A stretch of DNA of 52,781 nucleotides, taken from positions 1 to 52,781 of the forward strand of contig CAZVXK010000002.1 in assembly GCA_964631665.1 (NCBI GenBank), given 5' to 3'. The stretch comes from an uncultured Candidatus Cloacimonadota bacterium. Lineage in GTDB: Bacteria > Cloacimonadota > Cloacimonadia > Cloacimonadales > Cloacimonadaceae. Shown piece by piece: positions 47,205 through 52,781 of the stretch. The notes below the pieces were generated by a model that had not been told where the DNA came from, ran no database searches, and saw nothing but the letters and a program-made list of their open reading frames with translations. Numbering within the stretch: position 1 is the stretch's first letter; each line of letters opens with the position of its first letter. Both the position numbers and the translations under genes were made by a program.

Positions 47205-47836
47205 CAGTTAGTCCCCTGTTTCCGGAAGCTCAGCCGGTTTTCTTTGCCCTGGATCAGGCGCCAAAGGTTTTGACGGTGCTTGAAAATGATCAATCCCGCT
47301 ACTATTGCTGTGAAGACCACCTGCCCGGAGGAATAGCGCCAGAGCAGAACATAGAGGTTTATTAGCAGCGCCGCCGTCAGCGAACCGGCAGAAACATAAC
47401 GCGTGAGTGCGGTTACGAGGATGAAACTCAGCAAGGCCAGCAGCAACGGTAGCGGCGACAGATAGAGAAATACCCCGGCGGCGGTGGCAACTCCTTTACC
47501 ACCTTTGAAACCCAGGAAAATGGAGAACATGTGCCCCAACACCACCAGCAAGGCCGGCAGGAACTCAAAGTACTGGAACCGGGGATGATAGATGCCGGAC
47601 AGGAGGCCGGATATGATCCACACAGTTAAAAAGCCTTTCAGAATATCCAGCGCCAGCACCAGAATGCCGGTCAGGACGCCATACTGGCGCAGCGCGTTGG
47701 TAGCGCCGATGTTGCCGCTGCCGCCTTTGCGGATGTCCCCCCGGTGCAAGAGTTTGCCCACGATGAAGCCAAAGGGTATGCTGCCGGCCAGATAGGCCAG
47801 CACACCGATCACGATGATCAGCAGGGTGTTATCCAC
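47204..47836 (-). CDS. plsY: Glycerol-3-phosphate acyltransferase
   Basis: GSIPFG, GSGNIGATN, GFKGGKGVAT, KHRQNL. Confidence 0.95.
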   Translation of the reverse strand: MDNTLLIIVIGVLAYLAGSIPFGFIVGKLLHRGDIRKGGSGNIGATNALRQYGVLTGILVLALDILKGFLTVWIISGLLSGIYHPRFQYFEFLPALLVVLGHMFSIFLGFKGGKGVATAAGVFLYLSPLPLLLALLSFILVTALTRYVSAGSLTAALLINLYVLLWRYSSGQVVFTAIVAGLIIFKHRQNLWRLIQGKENRLSFRKQGTN

Positions 47837-49178
47837 TCCAGTCCTCCGCCAGCTCGCTTTCCTTTCTGCCCTTGAAGATCAGCTTGATGCTAACGCCCTC
47901 AAAGGCAAACATTTCCCTGATCTGGTTGTGCAGGTAGCGCCGGTAGTTTTCGCTGATCAGGGCAGGCTGGTTGCAGAAAAAGATGAAAGTGGGCGGTTTC
48001 ACCGCAGCTTGGGTGATATAGAAGATCTTCACGTGTTTTCCGGTGCTGTGGGTGGGCGGCCGGTGTTCCACCACCTTTTCCATGAAACGGTTAAGTTCGC
48101 TGGTGGAAATGCGTTTCTCGCTTTCCTCCTCGATCTGCACCACCAGTTCCATGATGCGGTTGATACGCTGCCCGGTCTTTGCGGAGATGAATTGCACCGG
48201 GGCATATTGCAGGAAGGGCATTTCGTCGTGGAGTTTGGCGATGAATTTGCCGGTGGTGCTGTTGTCCTTTTCCACCAGATCCCATTTGTTGAACACCACC
48301 ATGATCTCCTTCATCCGGCGCCTGGTATAGGAGGCTATCTTCACATCCTGCACGGAGATCTCCTCATCGGCTGCCAACACCAGAACCACCACATCGCATC
48401 TGTCCACTGCCTCGATGGTGCGCATCACGCTGAAATATTCCACGCCATAGTTGACCTTGGTCTTGCGCCTTAGCCCGGCGGTGTCGATCAGTGTGTAGTC
48501 CCGGCCATGATAGCGGAACACACTGTCGATGGCGTCGCGGGTGGTGCCGGGGGTTTTGGTCACGATCTGTTTTTCCGAGCCCAGCAGCAGATTCACGATC
48601 GAGGATTTGCCCACATTGGGCTTGCCCACCACGGCAATGCGGGTATTGGATTTGGGTTCGGTATCGGAAATGTCCTGAGTTTCGGGGATCAGGCTGAGCA
48701 GTTCGTCCAGGAAATTGCCGGTGTTTCTGCCCTGGGCTGCCGAGATCGGAAAGGGATCGCCCAAACCCAGTTGCAGAAAGTCATACAGCTCCCATTCCAG
48801 TTTCTCGTTGTCGGCTTTGTTGGCCACCAGCATCACCTTGTCCCGGTGCGGATAGAGGATGCGGGCGATCTCCAGATCGATGTCCGTGGTGCCGGTTTGG
48901 GCATCCACCATGAACAGAATGAGGTCGGATTCGTCGATCGCCAGCAGCGCCTGATGCCTGATCATCTTGTCCAGGGTCTCGTTGCTGTCGAATACGATCC
49001 CGCCGGTGTCCACCAATTTGAACACCTTGCCGTTCCACTCCACGTCCTCATACTTGCGGTCGCGGGTGATGCCAGCCTCAAAATCCACGATCGCCACCCG
49101 CTTGCGGCACAAGCGGTTGAATAGCGTGGATTTGCCCACATTGGGGCGGCCGACTATCGATACAATGTATTTTCTCAT
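47829..49178 (-). CDS. der: Ribosome biogenesis GTPase Der (EngA)
   Basis: Two G domains (GRPNVGKS/DTGG, GKPNVGKS/DTAG) and a KH-like C-terminus. Confidence 0.97.
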   Translation of the reverse strand: MRKYIVSIVGRPNVGKSTLFNRLCRKRVAIVDFEAGITRDRKYEDVEWNGKVFKLVDTGGIVFDSNETLDKMIRHQALLAIDESDLILFMVDAQTGTTDIDLEIARILYPHRDKVMLVANKADNEKLEWELYDFLQLGLGDPFPISAAQGRNTGNFLDELLSLIPETQDISDTEPKSNTRIAVVGKPNVGKSSIVNLLLGSEKQIVTKTPGTTRDAIDSVFRYHGRDYTLIDTAGLRRKTKVNYGVEYFSVMRTIEAVDRCDVVVLVLAADEEISVQDVKIASYTRRRMKEIMVVFNKWDLVEKDNSTTGKFIAKLHDEMPFLQYAPVQFISAKTGQRINRIMELVVQIEEESEKRISTSELNRFMEKVVEHRPPTHSTGKHVKIFYITQAAVKPPTFIFFCNQPALISENYRRYLHNQIREMFAFEGVSIKLIFKGRKESELAEDWSG

Positions 49179-49329
49179 TCGTTATGCATTTTTCCCAGGC
49201 GCTTTGGCTCCAGACTTTTTTACACCCTTATTTTGTCAATGGCTTAGTGGGGTGCATGTTCCAAGAACCGGAGCTGTCGTTTTTCAACGAAGGTTTCAGA
49301 CGGCTGCCTTTAAACATCTGAAAATCTTG

Positions 49330-49357
49330 TTGACAATATCTCGAACAACTTTATCTT
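49330..49357 (+). promoter_or_regulatory. Putative sigma70 promoter for paralog D
   Basis: TTGACA-N16-TATCTT. Confidence 0.45.
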
Positions 49358-49397
49358 ATCCACTATTAAACCTATAACAATTACTAAGGGGAACAAA

Positions 49398-49835
49398 ATG
49401 AAAAAGCTGCTGTTGATTGGCCTTCTAACTTTGCTGGCAGTGATGATCAGTGCTCAGACCGGCCTGTTTGAACTGACCTACGGTGTTCCGGCGGAAGAAA
49501 GCATTGCCATACTGGAGGTGCAGGGATTCGAACTGGTTGATTCCAATGGGGATAGCGCGATGCTGCAAGACACAACGAATGAATATGTGGATCACATCCA
49601 GCTGATCTTCCGCGAGGGATTTCTGGTAGCCTGGTACATCGCCTATTTGCCCCAGGAAGAGGAAGATATCGAGTACATAGTGGTGGAAGCCCTGGAATTA
49701 TGGCATGGCTATGATTACACCTGGGATGAGGACATGGAGCTCTATGTATGGGAACTGGAAGATTCCAGGAAGATCGAAGCCATCTGGGACTGGAACTATG
49801 AGTTCTTCTGGGTGGGGTACCTATCCGGAGATTAG
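49398..49835 (+). CDS. Small acidic secreted hypothetical protein, paralog D
   Basis: Signal peptide; AQTGLFEL, LVAWYIAY, WHG, FFWVGY. Confidence 0.88.
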   Translation: MKKLLLIGLLTLLAVMISAQTGLFELTYGVPAEESIAILEVQGFELVDSNGDSAMLQDTTNEYVDHIQLIFREGFLVAWYIAYLPQEEEDIEYIVVEALELWHGYDYTWDEDMELYVWELEDSRKIEAIWDWNYEFFWVGYLSGD

Positions 49836-49836
49836 T

Positions 49837-49875
49837 CTCCTGAAAGCAGTTATAACGCTGCTTTGGAGTTCATTT
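49837..49875 (+). terminator. Possible terminator hairpin after paralog D
   Basis: CTCC..AAAGCAG-N8-CTGCTTT-GGAG followed by TTCATTT. Confidence 0.45.
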
Positions 49876-50043
49876 GGCCTTCGCAACCTCCACGTGCACA
49901 TCAGATTACAAGGCCAAATGGACTTCAAACAGCGTGTTTTCAGCTTTGTAGCGATTACCCATTTCAGCGAAGTTTAAACAGCGCGATGGGCTTCATCTGA
50001 GTTTTATCCTGCTTTTCTATGCGCTCCCCAGTGTACGCCACCG

Positions 50044-50155
50044 CCAGGCAGGATGCCATGGAATCCTCTTCCCTCCCGTTAGCAATACGGAATCATTACG
50101 GAGTCATTACGGATTAACTCCGTAATGACTCCGTAATGATTCCGTATTGCTAACG
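50044..50155. repeat. Long palindromic intergenic element, copy 3
   Basis: Perfect 37-bp arms 50077-50113 and 50119-50155 with loop TTAAC; upstream flank nearly identical to copy 1. Confidence 0.95.
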
Positions 50156-50326
50156 AGGGCCCTGAATGTGCGGCCTGATTCCATCACCCATCTCTTCAAC
50201 CATCCCTTTAGCCAAATCAGGGCAGCACCACAGGAAAAACCAAAAAATGATTGACAATATCGGGTGGTTTTTTGGTGATGCAATGTAAATGAAAAAATAT
50301 CTTGAAAATAGCATGGGAGAAAGCGT

Positions 50327-52781
50327 ATGAGGTTATACATACGGCTCTTAGGCCTGATGCTTGTGCTTGGTTTGGTGGTTTCCGGATGCACCCTGCTGGG
50401 CGGACAGGATCGGCAGAAGCTAAAGGAAGTAAAGGTGCAGGGCCTCAAAGTGGAGGATATTCCCTTTGATGGCGGTGACGGTCTGGTGATCAGTTGGAAG
50501 CCCCTGCCCAGGGAAATGCGGGTTCTGGAATATCGCATCTACCGTGGAGTTCATCCGGACACCCTGTTCTTTCTGCAATCGGTTCAAATGAATGTGAAGA
50601 CCGGCGTGGCTTCGGAATGGATGTCCTACTACGATACTGGCTACACTCAGTTCATCGACATCACTTCCCCCGGCAGACTGAAGAATGAAAAGCAGAACAA
50701 GGACAGCATTCTTTACCGAAAGATTCCACGGGATATCGAGCTGGCCGCCAGTTTGGCCAGCAGATTCAATCTCTATACCCAAGTGGAAGCTCCGGATTAT
50801 TACAAACGCACAGTGAAGTCCCGTTCCACCGATCCTGAGGACGAGACCGTCTATGCGGGCCTGAAGCTGCGCCAGCAAAGCATCTATGCCTCCCTGAAGC
50901 GGGATGAAACCTATTACTACACCGTGGTCCCGGTCAATGAACGAAACATCTTCATGGGCGTGGCGGAACCTAAAAGCGGCATTCCAGTGGATAATCCCCC
51001 TGAACCGGCAGCCGCCTTCCACTGCGCGGCTTTGCAGGACCGAAACCATCTCCAGTTCGAATGGGATTATCCCCTCAATAAATCCGACATCCGGTCATAC
51101 ACCATTTATATGGTGCCCAATGCCAGCGATTCCCTGTGGACCGCCGTGCGGGACTCCCTGCTCGTTGCCAGGGTGCAGACCACCGAAACCAAGATTGAAG
51201 ACTGGGTGCAAACCCGAAAATACAAGGGCTTGGTCACGGTTCCCGAACTGCGCTGTTATCAGCTTAGCGACAAGACCACAGGTGCTCCGGTCGGGCGGGG
51301 AAACCTGAAAAACTATGCTACAGTGGAAATGAGCGATGTGGCAGCCTCCGGTTTCACCTGGGAAGAGCTCACCCAGGCACGTTATGCCCTGGAACTGCAG
51401 GATCGGGTGGGGAGGTCCATCACCCGGCTGATCACCCCCCGGATGAAGATGTCCACCGATCTGCCCATGCAGCTCGATTATACAGTCGAGGACAAGATCA
51501 ACGACAAAGGCGACCGGCTGACCGTGCTCTGGGAAAACCCCATCGTCTTCATCACCAAGACCACCTCCCTGAACAAAGAGAACACGCGCCTGAAGATCAA
51601 CTATCAGCTGAACAAGACCGAAACCCAGAAGGTGAACAACCTCTATTTTGAATTCTTCACCACGGGTTCTGAGCAGCCCTTTGCCAAAATCAATGAATTT
51701 TACCAGGACAACATCCTCAAGCTCACCCTGCCCAAAGGCTATGATTATAAAGACGGGCTGAAGGTTAGCATGACCATGCGTGTGAGCCCCTACCAGATCA
51801 TGCCCAACGGCAGGCTGAAATACGACAAACCCCGCCTGCTCACGGACTATGTGCTGGAGCAGGATCTGCAGTGGGATCCCGCCATGCTGGCCCTGATGCC
51901 CTCCAGCCAACTCTTCCGCAACGGCAAGGAGATCTCCGAGCTGCGCAATGTGGTCTATACTAAATACTACGCTGATTCCAACACCGATCCCACCTTCTAC
52001 CTGGTGAAGAGAAACACCTCCTTCGACAATAATCTGGATGTGAGTATTCCCTATGTGACCACAGAAGCTCTGGGCATCTCCGGATTCAACTATGTGAAGG
52101 GAGATTCGCTCTATACCGTGATGCTGCCCTCCGGCACCCGCTTTGCTAAAAAGCTGGAAAAAACGGACCAGGGCAGGGATGTGGTATTGGTGGATTCGGA
52201 GATCGATCTCACCTATGATGTGGAAAACGAAACCACCATCTATACCAGCCTATACATGGATGAGGCGCAGAACACCATCGCCGATCTGAAAAAAGAGATC
52301 GATAAGACCGGCAAGGAACTCGCCGCAAAACAAGCTGAACTGAAACCACTGGAAGCCTCTGCCGAAACCGATACCACCCAAGCCCTGAATGATCAGATCG
52401 CCAAGCTTACTCAGGAGAAAGACAATCTGGCTTCGGAGAAGGAAAAGCTGAGCAAACAACTGAAGATCTATGAGGATAACTCCTATTTCAATGAATCCCT
52501 GAAGCTGAAAACCAACCGCAGCCGGATGCGCTATGTTACCTCCATCCGCAATACTGAGAGCCGCCACCGTAACTATATGGTGGTGCGCACAGATACCCGG
52601 GGGCTGTACATCGAATCGGAGCTGGATAAAGATGAAGACGGCAGTTTCAACTACTATTTCCCTACCTCGAACTGGTTCGACTGGAACAAGCTGGCATCGC
52701 TGATCGCATTGCTCATGTTCGGAATCTCGGTGGTGGTCTTCGTGAATCTGGCCAAGCGGGGAAAAGAGCTCTATATCAGAC
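50327..52781 (+). CDS. Large lipoprotein with FN3-like modules, coiled coil and C-terminal TM segment (3' partial; possibly DUF6754-type)
   Basis: Translated by hand: 818 codons with no stop, from ATG 50327 (RBS GGGAG) to the window end; lipobox VVSGC; absent from the ORF track. Confidence 0.88.
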   Translation, partial: MRLYIRLLGLMLVLGLVVSGCTLLGGQDRQKLKEVKVQGLKVEDIPFDGGDGLVISWKPLPREMRVLEYRIYRGVHPDTLFFLQSVQMNVKTGVASEWMSYYDTGYTQFIDITSPGRLKNEKQNKDSILYRKIPRDIELAASLASRFNLYTQVEAPDYYKRTVKSRSTDPEDETVYAGLKLRQQSIYASLKRDETYYYTVVPVNERNIFMGVAEPKSGIPVDNPPEPAAAFHCAALQDRNHLQFEWDYPLNKSDIRSYTIYMVPNASDSLWTAVRDSLLVARVQTTETKIEDWVQTRKYKGLVTVPELRCYQLSDKTTGAPVGRGNLKNYATVEMSDVAASGFTWEELTQARYALELQDRVGRSITRLITPRMKMSTDLPMQLDYTVEDKINDKGDRLTVLWENPIVFITKTTSLNKENTRLKINYQLNKTETQKVNNLYFEFFTTGSEQPFAKINEFYQDNILKLTLPKGYDYKDGLKVSMTMRVSPYQIMPNGRLKYDKPRLLTDYVLEQDLQWDPAMLALMPSSQLFRNGKEISELRNVVYTKYYADSNTDPTFYLVKRNTSFDNNLDVSIPYVTTEALGISGFNYVKGDSLYTVMLPSGTRFAKKLEKTDQGRDVVLVDSEIDLTYDVENETTIYTSLYMDEAQNTIADLKKEIDKTGKELAAKQAELKPLEASAETDTTQALNDQIAKLTQEKDNLASEKEKLSKQLKIYEDNSYFNESLKLKTNRSRMRYVTSIRNTESRHRNYMVVRTDTRGLYIESELDKDEDGSFNYYFPTSNWFDWNKLASLIALLMFGISVVVFVNLAKRGKELYIR

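Overview
A gene-dense housekeeping window, mostly on the minus strand, from a diderm anaerobe. An LpxC-FabZ fusion, secreted proteins ending in a PNPF...RKxxLxK sorting-type domain, Rnf and split GcvP suggest an FCB-related lineage, most likely Cloacimonadota (inference). Contents in order: a secreted S8 protease, recG, degP, three small secreted paralogs, mfd, uvrD, a membrane/lipoprotein operon, a 7-bladed propeller protein, lpxA-lpxC/fabZ-lpxD-skp, gcvPB/PA, a complete rnfCDGEAB operon, and a long run from a response regulator and ctpA through to der. After that come a fourth small paralog and a lipoprotein of at least 818 aa that the ORF track omits because it runs off the window end. I see no tRNA, rRNA, CRISPR array, transposase or phage gene. 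The most unusual signals are non-coding. (i) Three near-identical long palindromes built from 11-bp direct repeats, one of them a perfect 49+1+49 bp inverted repeat, with shared satellite motifs. (ii) Degenerate 7/8-bp tandem arrays placed just after stop codons. Also notable are the four-member family of uncharacterised small secreted proteins and the doubly anchored large lipoprotein.
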